Origin: an uncultured Alphaproteobacteria bacterium
GTDB lineage: Bacteria > Pseudomonadota > Alphaproteobacteria > Rhodobacterales > Rhodobacteraceae
Reading direction: 5' to 3'
NCBI GenBank assembly: GCA_963815275.1
Contig: CAWFGD010000002.1
Span: 24,102-88,101 of the forward strand
DNA length: 64,000 nt
Below, piece by piece: positions 43,184 to 53,667 of this stretch. The notes under the pieces were generated by a model that made no database searches, was not told the origin of the DNA, and saw nothing but the letters and a program-made list of their open reading frames with translations. The translations under genes and the position numbers were made by a program. The first letter of the stretch is position 1; the number at the start of each line of letters is the position of its first letter.

Positions 43184-44157
43184 TGCAGGTGACCATTCTG
43201 GGCGGTGGCGTCATGGGGCTGTGCGCGGCGGTGGAGCTGGCGTCGCGTGGCGCCGAGGTTGCCTTGCAAGACCCGGTGGCCGAGCCGGGGCCGCATCATT
43301 GCTCGTGGTGGGCGGGCGGCATGCTGGCGCCGTTTTGCGAGGGCGAGAGTGCTGCGGAACCGGTGCAGCGGCTGGGGCAGGGCTCGGCTGGCTGGTGGGC
43401 GGCGCAGGGGGTCGAGGTGGTGCAAAAGGGCAGCCTTGTGCTGGCCTTGGGGCGCGACCGGGCCGAGTTGGACCGCTTTGCCCGGCGCAGTGCGGGGCAT
43501 GTGACGGTCGAGGGCGCGGATTTGGCGGCGCTGGAGCCGATGCTGGCGGGGCGTTTTGCGCGCGGGCTGTATTTTGAGAGCGAGGCGCATCTGAACCCGA
43601 GGGCGGCCTTGGCGGGGCTGAAGGCGCGGGCCTTGGCGCTGGGGGTGAGGTTTGAACGCTGCGGGCCAGCGGCGGGGCAGGTGATCGATTGTCGCGGGCT
43701 GGCGGCGCGCGATGTGCTGAAAGGTCTGCGCGGCGTGAAGGGCGAGATGCTGGTGCTGCGCGCGCCCGAGATGGCGCTGGCACGGCCGCTGCGGCTGCTG
43801 CATCCGCGCATCCCGATTTACCTCGTGCCGCGCGGGAAAGGCATTTTCATGCTGGGCGCGACGATGCTCGAGACGGGCGAGCGGGGCCGGGCCTCGGTGC
43901 GTTCGGTGCTGGAGCTGCTCTCGGCGCTTTACGCGCTGCACCCGGGTTTTGCCGAGGCGGAGATCTTGGAGATCGGCAGCGATGCGCGGCCTGCCTTTGC
44001 CGACAACCTGCCACGGCTGCGCTGGCAGGACGGCGTGCTGCACCTGAACGGGCTTTACCGCCACGGCTATCTGATGGCGCCGGTGCTGGCGCGCATGGCG
44101 GCGGATTATCTGATGGACGGGATCAAGGCGGAGTTGATGGATGAAGATCGTGGTTAA
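43183..44157 (+). CDS. thiO: Glycine oxidase
   Basis: GGGVMG, AGGMLAP, GLYRHGYL; thi operon context. Confidence 0.9.
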   Translation: MQVTILGGGVMGLCAAVELASRGAEVALQDPVAEPGPHHCSWWAGGMLAPFCEGESAAEPVQRLGQGSAGWWAAQGVEVVQKGSLVLALGRDRAELDRFARRSAGHVTVEGADLAALEPMLAGRFARGLYFESEAHLNPRAALAGLKARALALGVRFERCGPAAGQVIDCRGLAARDVLKGLRGVKGEMLVLRAPEMALARPLRLLHPRIPIYLVPRGKGIFMLGATMLETGERGRASVRSVLELLSALYALHPGFAEAEILEIGSDARPAFADNLPRLRWQDGVLHLNGLYRHGYLMAPVLARMAADYLMDGIKAELMDEDRG

Positions 44158-44338
44158 CGGACAAGAGGCTGAGGTGCAGGCCAGCACCCTCGCGGCGGTT
44201 TTGGTCGAGCTGGGCTATGGCGGGGCGAAGCTGGCAACGGCGGTGAACGAGGCCTTTGTGCCTGCCGCCCTGCGCGGCGGCTTGGGCCTGCGTGCGGGCG
44301 ACCGGGTCGAGATCGTCGCGCCGCAGCAGGGGGGCTGA
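44141..44338 (+). CDS. thiS: Sulfur carrier protein
   Basis: 65 aa, ATAVN, C-terminal GG. Confidence 0.93.
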   Translation: MKIVVNGQEAEVQASTLAAVLVELGYGGAKLATAVNEAFVPAALRGGLGLRAGDRVEIVAPQQGG

Positions 44339-44341
44339 GCC

Positions 44342-45146
44342 ATGCCGAGGTTTTACGGGGTCGAGGTTGCCTCAAGGCTGATGCTGGGGACGGCGCAATA
44401 TCCTTCACCTGCGGTGATGGTCGAGGCGTTTCGCCGATCGGGCGCTGGCATCGCCACGGTGTCGTTACGGCGCGAAATGGGGCAGCGCGAGGGGGCGGGG
44501 CGAGGCAGGGCAGCGCGAGGCAGGTGGGGGGCAGGATTTCTGGGCGCTTGTTCAAGGGCTTGGGGTGCGGGTCTTGCCCAATACCGCGGGCTGTCATTCG
44601 GTGCGCGAGGCGGTGACCACGGCGCAGATGGCGCGGGAGGTGTTCGAGACTGACTGGATCAAGCTGGAGGTGATCGGCAATGCCGATACCTTGCAGCCCG
44701 ACCCCTTTGGGCTGGTTGAGGCGGCGCGGTTGCTGGTGGCCGAGGGCTTCAAGGTGTTTCCCTATATGACCGAGGATCTGGTGCTGGCCGAGCGTTTGCT
44801 GCACGCGGGATGCGAGGTTTTGATGCCTTGGGGCGCGCCGATTGGCACCGGGTTGGGGCTGCTGAACCCTTACGGGTTGCGCAGTCTGCGGGCGCATTTC
44901 CCCGAGGTGCCGCTGGTGATTGATGCGGGGCTGGGGCTGCCAAGTCAGGCGGCTTCGGCGATGGAGCTGGGCTTTGACGCGGTGCTGCTGAATTCGGCGG
45001 TGGCCAAGGCCGGCGATCCGGCGGCGATGGCCGAGGGCTTTGCGCTTGCTTTGCAGGCGGGGCGTTTGGGCTATGAGGCCGATCCGATGCAGGCGCGCGA
45101 TATGGCGGCGCCGTCGACGCCGGTTTTGGGGAGGGCGTTCTTGTGA
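44342..45146 (+). CDS. thiG: Thiazole synthase (+1 indel in a G-run near 44500)
   Basis: [31 protein letters not shown]. Confidence 0.93.
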
Positions 45147-45739
45147 AGCTCGACAAGTTCTATCCGATTTTTGATGATGTGCTGTGGCTGGAACGGATGC
45201 TGCCTTTGGGGGTGCGGCTGGTGCAGTTGCGCCTGAAGGACCGCACGCCGGAGGATCTGCGGGCGCAGATCGCGCGGGCGCGGGATTTGTGTCGGGCGGC
45301 GGGGGCGGTGCTGGTGGTCAATGACTATTGGCAGCTGGCCATCGAATTGGGCTGCGGGTTCATCCATCTGGGGCAGGAGGATCTGGACAGCGCCGATCTG
45401 GCCGCGATCCGCCGCGCCGGGCTGCGGCTGGGGGTCAGCACCCATGACGCGGCCGAGCTGGAGCGGGCTTTGGCGCTGACGCCGGACTATATCGCCTTGG
45501 GGCCGGTCTATCCGACGATTCTCAAGCAGATGAAGTGGCATCAGCAGGGGTTGGAAAAGGTCAGTGAGTGGAAGCGGCTGATCGGGGATATCCCTTTGGT
45601 GGCAATTGGCGGCATGTCGGTGGCACGGGCGGCAGGGGCCTTTGCCGCGGGAGCGGATATCGTCTCGGTGGTGACGGATATCACTTTGCACAGCGATCCG
45701 GAGGCGCGGCTTGGCGACTGGCTGGCGGTGACGCGATGA
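45143..45739 (+). CDS. thiE: Thiamine-phosphate synthase
   Basis: QLRLK, VND, HLGQED, STH, AIGG. Confidence 0.93.
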   Translation: MKLDKFYPIFDDVLWLERMLPLGVRLVQLRLKDRTPEDLRAQIARARDLCRAAGAVLVVNDYWQLAIELGCGFIHLGQEDLDSADLAAIRRAGLRLGVSTHDAAELERALALTPDYIALGPVYPTILKQMKWHQQGLEKVSEWKRLIGDIPLVAIGGMSVARAAGAFAAGADIVSVVTDITLHSDPEARLGDWLAVTR

Positions 45740-46707
45740 GCCGCTATGCGAGGCAGATCGCGGTGATCGGAGAGGCGGCGCAAGCGCGGCTGGCGGCGGC
45801 GCGGGTCTTGGTGGTGGGGGCTGGCGGGCTGGCGGCGCCGCTGTTGCAGTATCTGGCAGGGGCGGGGGTTGGCGCGATCCGGTTGGTCGATGCCGATGTG
45901 GTCGATAGCCCGAACCTGCACCGCCAGACGCTGTTTCGCATGGGTGATCTGGGGCAGGCCAAGGCGGAGGTCGCGGCGCGGCATTTGGCGGGGCTGAACC
46001 CCGATTGCGCGGTCGAGGCGCGGGTAGAGACCCTGACGCCTGCCAATGTCGCGGCGCTGTGCGATGGCGTGGATCTGGTGCTGGATTGCGCCGACAGTTT
46101 TGCGGTCAGCTATACGCTGTCGGATCATTGCGTCGCGCGGGGCTTGCCGCTGATATCGGCCTCGGTGACCGCCATGGCGGGCTATGTCGGGGGCTTTTGC
46201 GGCGGGGGCCCCAGTCTGCGGGCAGTGTTTCCGGACCTGCCAGCGCGGGCGGGATCTTGCGCCGAGGTTGGCGTTTTGGGGCCGATGGTGGGGATTCTGG
46301 GCAGCTTGCAGGCGCAGATGGCGCTGGCGGTGCTGGTTGGGCTGAAGCCCTCGCCGCTGGGGCAGTTGATCACGGCGGAGGGGTTGCGGATGGGTGGGTT
46401 TCGCTTTGACGCAGCGCCGGAGCCGGCGTGGCAGCCGCGATTCATCGCGGCAGAGCAGATCACCGCGCAGGATTTCACCGTCGATCTGCGCGGCGTCGAG
46501 GAAGCGCCGCTGGTGCGCCCGCATGCGCTGCGCCTGCCCGCCGCGGCCTTTGGCTCCGGCGGCCTTGCCACTGTCCCGCTACCCGCCCCCGGCCAGCGCG
46601 CCGTGTTCTGCTGTCGCTCGGGCCTGCGCGCCTTTGCGGCTGCCGAAGCGCTGCACGCTCGCTGGGATGGAGAAATTACCCTTGTTGCACTTGGAGAACC
46701 AAATTGA
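45736..46707 (+). CDS. thiF: ThiF/MoeB adenylyltransferase with degenerate rhodanese-like tail
   Basis: RYARQ, GAGGL, NLHRQ, DCAD; C-terminal CRSGLRA. Confidence 0.85.
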   Translation: MSRYARQIAVIGEAAQARLAAARVLVVGAGGLAAPLLQYLAGAGVGAIRLVDADVVDSPNLHRQTLFRMGDLGQAKAEVAARHLAGLNPDCAVEARVETLTPANVAALCDGVDLVLDCADSFAVSYTLSDHCVARGLPLISASVTAMAGYVGGFCGGGPSLRAVFPDLPARAGSCAEVGVLGPMVGILGSLQAQMALAVLVGLKPSPLGQLITAEGLRMGGFRFDAAPEPAWQPRFIAAEQITAQDFTVDLRGVEEAPLVRPHALRLPAAAFGSGGLATVPLPAPGQRAVFCCRSGLRAFAAAEALHARWDGEITLVALGEPN

Positions 46708-47639
46708 AGCACTTGATCCTGACCGCTGCCTTGCTGGCCGCGACACCCGCTGCGGCGGCTGACACACTGACCCTGATGCTGGATTGGTTCGTCAATCCCG
46801 ATCATGGCCCGATCATCGTGGCCCAAGAGAAGGGCTTTTTTCGCGAGGCCGGGCTGGAGGTCGAGGTGATCGCCCCCGCCGACCCCGCTGATCCGCCGAA
46901 GATGGTGGCGGCGGGGCAGGCTGATCTGGCAGTGTCTTATCAGCCGCAGCTGCATATGCAGGTGGCGGAAGGCCTGCCGCTGATCCGCGTCGGCACCTTG
47001 ATCGCGACGCCTTTGAACTGTCTGGCGGTCTTGAAAGATGGCCCGGTCCAGAACCTTGCCGATCTGAAGGGCCGCAAGGTCGGTTTCTCGGTAGGCGTCG
47101 AAGAGGCGACCTTGACCACCATGCTGGCCAGTGCCGGGCTGAAGCTGGAGGATGTGACCCTGGTCAACGTCAACTGGTCGCTCTCGCCCGCCTTGATGTC
47201 GGGGCAGGTCGATGCGGTGATCGGGGCGTTTCGCAATTTCGAGCTGACCCAGATGAAGCTGGCCGGGGTTGAGGGGCACTGTTTCTACCCGGAAGAGGCG
47301 GGGATTCCGGCCTATGACGAGTTGATCTACGTCGCCAATTCGCAGGGTATGGACAGGGACAAGATCCGTCGCTTTCTGGCCGCCACCGAGCGCGGCGCGC
47401 AGTATATCGTCAACCATCCCGAGGAGAGCTGGCAGGTGTTTTCCGCCACCTCGCCCGAGTTGCAGGACGCGCTGAACCAACAGGCCTGGCTTGACACCCT
47501 GCCGCGGTTTTCGCAAAGCCCGGCGGCTTTGGATGCGGGGCGCTATGCGGGATTTGAAGCCTATCTGGGCAAGGCCGGATTGGTGCAGGGCACACGCGCG
47601 GTCGCGCAGCTGGCGGTCGATCTGGGGGCGGAACCATGA
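46704..47639 (+). CDS. thiY: NMT1/THI5-like substrate-binding protein (pyrimidine precursor uptake)
   Basis: Signal peptide; LDWFVNPDH, YDEL. Confidence 0.82.
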   Translation: MKHLILTAALLAATPAAAADTLTLMLDWFVNPDHGPIIVAQEKGFFREAGLEVEVIAPADPADPPKMVAAGQADLAVSYQPQLHMQVAEGLPLIRVGTLIATPLNCLAVLKDGPVQNLADLKGRKVGFSVGVEEATLTTMLASAGLKLEDVTLVNVNWSLSPALMSGQVDAVIGAFRNFELTQMKLAGVEGHCFYPEEAGIPAYDELIYVANSQGMDRDKIRRFLAATERGAQYIVNHPEESWQVFSATSPELQDALNQQAWLDTLPRFSQSPAALDAGRYAGFEAYLGKAGLVQGTRAVAQLAVDLGAEP

Positions 47640-48307
47640 GCTATGGCGAGACTTTTCCCCTGTTGCGCACGGCGGCGGGGCAGCATTGGCGTGACTACAC
47701 CGAGCATGGCTTTACCGCCGGATTGCAGGACGGCAGCCTGCCGCAGGCCAGTTTTCTGCGCTATCTGGTGCAGGATTACCTTTACCTGATCCACTATGGC
47801 CGCGCCTGGGCTTTGGCGGTGACCAAGGCCGACCGGCTGGAGGATATGCGGGCCTGCGCGCGCACGGTGCAGGCGCTGATCGGCACGGAAATAGAGCTGC
47901 ATGTGCAGGTCTGTGCGGCGGCGGGGATTTCGCAGGCGGCGCTTTTTGCCAGCGAAGAGCGGTTGGAGACGATTGCCTATACCCGCTTTGTGCTGGATGC
48001 CGGACATTCGGGCGATCTGCTGGATCTGTTGATGGCGCTGGCGCCTTGCGCCTTTGGCTATGGCGAGATCGGCGCGCGGATCGGCGCTGGGCCGCATGCC
48101 GCGACCTATCGCGACTGGATCGAGACCTATGCCAGCGCGGGGTTTCAGGAAACCTGCCGCGAGGTTGGCGGCTTGCTTGACCGCGCGGTGGCGCAACGGT
48201 TGGGGGCGGAGCCTGCGAACCATCCGCGCTGGCCGCAGCTTTGCGCCACCTTTGCCACGGCGACGCGCTTGGAATTTGCCTTCTGGCAGATGGGTTTGCA
48301 GGGATGA
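47636..48307 (+). CDS. tenA: Thiaminase II / aminopyrimidine aminohydrolase
   Basis: YLVQDY, APCAFGY, WIETY, EFAFW. Confidence 0.9.
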   Translation: MSYGETFPLLRTAAGQHWRDYTEHGFTAGLQDGSLPQASFLRYLVQDYLYLIHYGRAWALAVTKADRLEDMRACARTVQALIGTEIELHVQVCAAAGISQAALFASEERLETIAYTRFVLDAGHSGDLLDLLMALAPCAFGYGEIGARIGAGPHAATYRDWIETYASAGFQETCREVGGLLDRAVAQRLGAEPANHPRWPQLCATFATATRLEFAFWQMGLQG

Positions 48308-49026
48308 GCCCGCCCGCGCTGCATCTTTCGGGCAGTGCCACGATCGGCGGCGCGACGCTGTTCGCGCCGCTGCGGCTGGAGGTGCCTGCCGGGCGCTGGA
48401 CCTGTCTGCTGGGCGCATCGGGGGTGGGGAAATCCACCCTGCTGCGGCTTTTGGCGGGGCTGGCTTCGGGGGTGCGGTTTGACGGGGTGTTTGGCGCCTC
48501 GGACGGGCAGGCCTTGCCGGGGCGGGTGGCGTTGATGGCACAGAGTGACCTGCTGTTGCCCTGGCTGGATTGTCTGGGCAATGTCACGCTGGGGGCAAGG
48601 CTGCGCGGGCAGGTGCCGGATCTGGCAAGGGCGAAGGTTTTGCTGGCGCAGGTTGGTTTGGCCGAGCATTTCAAGCGGCGTCCGGCGCAGTTGTCGGGCG
48701 GGCAGCGCCAGCGCGTCGCCTTGGCGCGGACCTTGATGGAGGACTGCCCGGTGATCCTGCTTGACGAGCCGTTTTCGGCGTTGGACGCGCGGACGAGGGC
48801 GCAGATGCAGGAGTTGGCGGCGCGGTTGCTGGTGGGGCGCACGGTCTTGATGGTGACGCATGATCCCCTGGAAGCGGCGCGGCTGGGCGATCAGGTCTTG
48901 CTGATGACGGCGCAGGGCTTGGCGCAGGTTGAGGTGCCGGTGTCACCGCCGCCCCGCGCCGTGGATGATGGCGGGACACTGGCCTTGCAGGGGCGGCTGC
49001 TTCGCGCGCTGATGGCTTCGGCATGA
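48304..49026 (+). CDS. thiZ: ABC transporter ATP-binding subunit
   Basis: GASGVGKS, LSGGQ, LLDEPF. Confidence 0.8.
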   Translation: MSPPALHLSGSATIGGATLFAPLRLEVPAGRWTCLLGASGVGKSTLLRLLAGLASGVRFDGVFGASDGQALPGRVALMAQSDLLLPWLDCLGNVTLGARLRGQVPDLARAKVLLAQVGLAEHFKRRPAQLSGGQRQRVALARTLMEDCPVILLDEPFSALDARTRAQMQELAARLLVGRTVLMVTHDPLEAARLGDQVLLMTAQGLAQVEVPVSPPPRAVDDGGTLALQGRLLRALMASA

Positions 49027-49766
49027 GGCGGGTTATGCTGGGTTTCGCGCTGTTTCTGGCGGGCTGGCAGCTCTTGGTGAGTCTGACCGGGCTGCCGGCC
49101 TTTTTGCTGCCGGGGCCGGGGCTGGTTTTGCAGACGCTGTGGAGCAGCCGGGCGATGATCACGGTCGCGGCCCTGGTGACCCTGGGCGAGGTGGCGATCT
49201 CGCTGGTTTTGGGCACGGCTTTGGGGGTGGCGACGGCGATTGGCCTTGCCGCCTCGCCACGGCTGCGCGCCTCGGTGCAACCGGTGTTGATTGTCAGCCA
49301 GACGATTCCGGTCTTTGCACTGGCACCTTTGCTGACGTTGTGGCTGGGCTATGGTCTGGCGTCCAAGGTCGCGGTGGCGGTGCTGGTGATCTATTTTCCG
49401 GTGACGCAGGCCTTTCTGGATGCGATCTTGCGCACGCCGCCGGGCTGGCTGGAGCTGGCGCAGGTGATGCAGGCAAGGCCGGGGCAGAGCCTGTGGCGTA
49501 TCCGCCTGCCCGCGGCCCTGCCGGGGCTGGCGACGGGGCTGCGGCTGGCGGCGATCTATGCGCCCCTGGGGGTGGTTCTGGGCGAATGGGTCGGCGCGGC
49601 GCAGGGCTTGGGCTATCTGATGCTGCTGGCGAATGGGCGGTCGAAGATTGACCTGATGTTTGCGGCCTTGGCGGTGTTGTGCGCGCTGACTTATGGCTTG
49701 CACCGGGGGATGGATTGGGCTTTGCGCAAAGCCTTGCCGGAGGAGGCGGAGGCAAGACGGGAGTAG
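49023..49766 (+). CDS. thiX: ABC transporter permease
   Basis: TM helices, EAA-like region, GEW...GLG. Confidence 0.8.
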   Translation: MRRVMLGFALFLAGWQLLVSLTGLPAFLLPGPGLVLQTLWSSRAMITVAALVTLGEVAISLVLGTALGVATAIGLAASPRLRASVQPVLIVSQTIPVFALAPLLTLWLGYGLASKVAVAVLVIYFPVTQAFLDAILRTPPGWLELAQVMQARPGQSLWRIRLPAALPGLATGLRLAAIYAPLGVVLGEWVGAAQGLGYLMLLANGRSKIDLMFAALAVLCALTYGLHRGMDWALRKALPEEAEARRE

Positions 49767-49925
49767 GGGGTCAGAGTGGGCGGTGGGCGCAGGCCGGTGG
49801 ATTTCGCCAAGAAAATTCGGCCTCGTTTTGACTAAATGCGCCGAAGTGCTGCGATCCCGTCGCCAAGGCGTCACGGCGCGCGATGACTTACTTCGTTCTA
49901 CTTCTATGCCCGGAATCAAGGGCGA

Positions 49926-50078
49926 ATGCGCCGCCGGGCCGCGCCCTCCCTCCCCACGGGAGGGCGCGATGGCTGGGGGTGCCAGTTGAAGGTCTGGGGA
50001 AGTCTCTGCGCTATCAAGTGCCCAAATCGTGGCTTCGGTGCGCCTTCCCGAGGTCGGGCGCGGCCCTCTGTTGCGCAT
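49926..50078. repeat. Inverted pair of REP-like GC-rich elements
   Basis: ATGCGC..GGGCCGCGCCC..CGGGAGGGCGC (49926-49967) and an imperfect reverse complement (50040-50078). Confidence 0.6.
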
Positions 50079-50139
50079 GGTGAGACGGGGGAGCATCGCC
50101 ACCCTTCCCGCCCGCGCCGTCCCGTGCTAGGGGCAGGGG

Positions 50140-52383
50140 ATGAAAACGCTTCCCACAAAAGACCAGATCCGTCAGTGGATCCTTGATAATCCCAACCTGA
50201 CCGGCAAGCGCGATATCGCGAAGGCCTTTGGCATCTCTGGCGATGGCCGGATCGACCTCAAGCGCATGCTGCGCGAGTTGGAGGCCGAGGGGGCGATCGA
50301 GAAGAAGGCGCGGCGCTATCGCGAGGAGGGGGCTTTGCCGCCGGTCTCGGTGCTGCTGGTTCTGCCGCCGGACAGCAATGGCGATCTCTTTGCGCAGCCT
50401 TTGGAGGCGGGCGACAGCGACACGCCGCCGCGGATCTTGATCGTGCCGCAGAAGGGCGATCCGGCTTTGGCAGGGGGGATGAAGATCTTGGCCCGGCTTG
50501 CCCCGGTGGGTGGCGAGGATCACCAATATGAAGCGCGGTTGATCCGGGCGCTTGGGTCGAACCCCTTGCGGGTGCTCGGGATTTTCCGTGCGGGCTCGGA
50601 AGGTGGGCGGATTTTGCCCATCGACAAGGGCAGCGACAAGGAATGGCGCGTGGCGCGCGGGCATGAGGGCGAGGCCGTGGACGGCGAGCTGGTGGAGGCC
50701 GAGCAGGTCGGGCCAAAACGCCTTGGCCTGCCGCAGGCGCGCATCGTGGCGCGGTTGGGCGATCCTTCGGGCGCGCGGGCGGTTTCCTTGATTGCGATCC
50801 ATCAGCATGGCATTCCCGATCATTTTCCCGATGCGGTGATTGCCGAGGCCGAGGCGGCCAAGCCCGTGGCCTTGGGCAAGCGCGAAGATCTGCGGCACTT
50901 GCCTTTGGTCACCATCGACCCCGTCGATGCCCGCGACCGTGATGATGCGGTCTATGCCATGGCGGACCCGAACAACGCCGGTGGCCATATCATCTGGGTG
51001 GCGATTGCCGATGTGGCGCATTATGTGCGGCCGAATTCGGCGCTGGACCGTGAGGCGCGCAAGCGCGGCAATTCGAGCTATTTCCCCGACCGCGTCGTGC
51101 CAATGCTGCCGGATGTGCTGTCGGGCGATCTGTGTTCCTTGCACGAACACGTCGACCGCGCCTGCATGGCGGTGGAGTTGCGGATTGATGCGCAGGGCAA
51201 CAAACTCGGGCATCGCTTTACCCGCGGGTTGATGCGCTCGCAGGCGAGTTTGAATTACGCGCAGGTGCAGGCGGCGATCGACGGGGCACCGGACGAAAAG
51301 ACCGCGCCCTTGGTGGAAGAGGTGCTGAAGCCTCTGTACGCCGCTTATGCCGCGCTGAAACTGGCGCGGGCAGCGCGGCAGCCTTTGGATCTGGAGCTGC
51401 CCGAACGCAAGATTGTTCTCGATGAGGCGGGGAAGGTCACTTCGGTGTCCTTCTACGAACGCTTTGACGCGCATAAGCTGATCGAGGAATGCATGATCCT
51501 CGCCAATGTCGCGGCGGCAGAGGAATTGGTGCGGCTGAAGCGGCCCTTGCTGTTCCGGGTGCATGAGGAACCTAGCCAGGACAAGCTGGAGTCTTTGCGC
51601 GAGGTGGCGGAGGCTTCGGGCTTTACCCTGGCCAAGGGGCAGGTGTTGAAAACCATGCACCTGAACCGGCTGTTGGCGCAGGCGCAGGGCACCGAGTTTG
51701 ACGAGCTGATGAACATCTCGACGCTGCGCTCGATGACGCAGGCCTATTACAATGCGGATAACTTCGGGCATTTCGGGCTGGCTTTGCGCAACTACGCGCA
51801 TTTCACCTCGCCGATCCGGCGCTATTCCGACCTGATCGTGCATCGGGCCTTGATCTTGGGGCATGGCTGGGGCGATGACGGGCTGTCGCCTTGGGATATC
51901 GAGAACCTGGGCGAAACGGCGAAACTGATTTCGGACACCGAGCGGCGCTCGATGCTTGCCGAGCGCGACACGACGGACCGCTATCTGGCGGCTTTCCTGT
52001 CCGAGAGGGTCGGCAACGAGTTCACCGGGCGGGTTTCGGGTGTGCAGCGCTTTGGGCTTTTCGTGAAGCTGGACGAGACCGGGGCGGATGGGCTGGTGCC
52101 GATCCGCTCGATTGGCCGCGAGTATTTCAATTACGATCAGGATAGCCAGACCCTGACCGGGTCGGACAGCGGGATCGTGCTGGGCATCGGGCTGCGCGTC
52201 ACGGTGCGCTTGGCCGAGGCGAGCCCTTTGACCGGCGGCTTGATGCTGGATCTGGTGGGGCTGGAGAACGGGCCTTTGCCGCAGGGCGGGACACGCGGCG
52301 GGCGTTATGCGCCCAGAAAACCCGGCAAACATGCCGCCAAAGCGGCGAAGACCGCGCGCAAGGTATTGCGCAAGCGGCGCTGA
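50140..52383 (+). CDS. rnr: Ribonuclease R
   Basis: TIDPVDARDRDDA, HFTSPIRRYSD, S1 domain, basic tail. Confidence 0.95.
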   Translation: MKTLPTKDQIRQWILDNPNLTGKRDIAKAFGISGDGRIDLKRMLRELEAEGAIEKKARRYREEGALPPVSVLLVLPPDSNGDLFAQPLEAGDSDTPPRILIVPQKGDPALAGGMKILARLAPVGGEDHQYEARLIRALGSNPLRVLGIFRAGSEGGRILPIDKGSDKEWRVARGHEGEAVDGELVEAEQVGPKRLGLPQARIVARLGDPSGARAVSLIAIHQHGIPDHFPDAVIAEAEAAKPVALGKREDLRHLPLVTIDPVDARDRDDAVYAMADPNNAGGHIIWVAIADVAHYVRPNSALDREARKRGNSSYFPDRVVPMLPDVLSGDLCSLHEHVDRACMAVELRIDAQGNKLGHRFTRGLMRSQASLNYAQVQAAIDGAPDEKTAPLVEEVLKPLYAAYAALKLARAARQPLDLELPERKIVLDEAGKVTSVSFYERFDAHKLIEECMILANVAAAEELVRLKRPLLFRVHEEPSQDKLESLREVAEASGFTLAKGQVLKTMHLNRLLAQAQGTEFDELMNISTLRSMTQAYYNADNFGHFGLALRNYAHFTSPIRRYSDLIVHRALILGHGWGDDGLSPWDIENLGETAKLISDTERRSMLAERDTTDRYLAAFLSERVGNEFTGRVSGVQRFGLFVKLDETGADGLVPIRSIGREYFNYDQDSQTLTGSDSGIVLGIGLRVTVRLAEASPLTGGLMLDLVGLENGPLPQGGTRGGRYAPRKPGKHAAKAAKTARKVLRKRR

Positions 52384-52437
52384 CTTGAACTGCCGGGTGG
52401 CTTGGCTAAGGTGGGGCTCGGCTGGCGCGGGGGTGTG

Positions 52438-53667
52438 ATGCGGCACGTGGTGATCTGTCTGATGCTGGCTGCGCCGATGGCGCAGGCGCAGGAGTCGGGC
52501 ATGCAAGAGGCAGCGGAGCGGGTGATGGTGGATCAGGGCAGCGCTGCGGGCTTTGCCGCCTGGCGCAAGGAGTTTCGCGGCCGGGCGCTGGCGGCGGGGA
52601 TCTCGTCCGGGGTGTTTGACGAGATCATGGCGCAAGCGGCGTTCTTGCCCGCCGTGGTCGACCGCGACCGGCGGCAGGATGAATTCTCCAAGACCATCTG
52701 GGATTATCTGGACAAGGCGGTGTCGGACGACCGGATTGCGGCGGGTCGCAAGGCTTTGAAAACACACGCGGACCTCTTTGACAAGATCGAGGCGAAGTAC
52801 GGCGTGGACCGTTATGTGGTGCTGGCGATCTGGGGCCTGGAGAGCGCCTTTGGTCAGGTGCGCGGCGATATCTCGACCGTCTCGGCTCTGGCGACGCTGG
52901 GTTACGAAGGCCGGCGGGGGGCTTTCTTCGAGGCCGAGCTGATCACGCTTTTGACCATGGTGCAGAAGGGGGACGTGAGGCCTGCGCAACTGATCGGTTC
53001 CTGGGCGGGGGCGATGGGGCATACCCAGTTCATGCCGAGTTCTTACGCCCGGCTGGCAGTGAATTTCGACGGCAAGGCCAGGGCGAATATCTGGGATGCG
53101 GATCCGACGGATGCTTTGGCTTCGACGGCGGCCTATCTGGCCGCTTCGGGCTGGAAGACCGGCGAGAGCTGGGGGTTGGAGGTAAGCTTGCCCGAGGGCT
53201 TTGACTACGCCTTGGCGGGCAATCGCACGCAGAAGCCTTTGAGCAGCTGGCGTGCGATGGGCCTGCGGCCTGCGGCGGGCGGCGATTTGCCAGAGGCGGG
53301 CTGGGGTGCGGTGATCCTGCCCGGCGGAGCGCGGGGGCCGGCGTTTCTGGTCTACGACAACTTCGCTGCCATCGAGAGTTACAACAAGGCCGATGCCTAT
53401 GTCATCGCGGTGGGGCATCTGGCGGATCGTCTGCGCGGCGGCGCGGCCTTTGTGCAGGGCTGGCCGCGGGATTTGCGGGTGCTGACCCTGCCGGAGAAGG
53501 TCGAGTTGCAGCAGCACCTTCTGGACAAGGCGCTGATGTCGGGGGAAGCGGATGGCAAGATCGGGCCTTTGACCATGGCGGCGTTGAAGGCGTTTCAGCG
53601 CCGGATCGGCGTGGTGGCGGATGGCTATGCCTGTTTGCCGGTGCTGGAGCAGTTGCGGGCCGAGTGA
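52438..53667 (+). CDS. Lytic murein transglycosylase (MltB/SltB type) with peptidoglycan-binding tail
   Basis: IWGLES, GSWAGAMGHTQFMPS, YN, DGKIGPLT. Confidence 0.9.
   Translation: MRHVVICLMLAAPMAQAQESGMQEAAERVMVDQGSAAGFAAWRKEFRGRALAAGISSGVFDEIMAQAAFLPAVVDRDRRQDEFSKTIWDYLDKAVSDDRIAAGRKALKTHADLFDKIEAKYGVDRYVVLAIWGLESAFGQVRGDISTVSALATLGYEGRRGAFFEAELITLLTMVQKGDVRPAQLIGSWAGAMGHTQFMPSSYARLAVNFDGKARANIWDADPTDALASTAAYLAASGWKTGESWGLEVSLPEGFDYALAGNRTQKPLSSWRAMGLRPAAGGDLPEAGWGAVILPGGARGPAFLVYDNFAAIESYNKADAYVIAVGHLADRLRGGAAFVQGWPRDLRVLTLPEKVELQQHLLDKALMSGEADGKIGPLTMAALKAFQRRIGVVADGYACLPVLEQLRAE

Noticed and set aside
50014-53517. 1167-aa minus-strand ORF (likewise 23535-25757, 29692-32055, 33922-35742, 15841-17601)
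   Set aside because: Antisense shadows of well-supported genes, expected from GC-rich codon bias; no recognisable motifs
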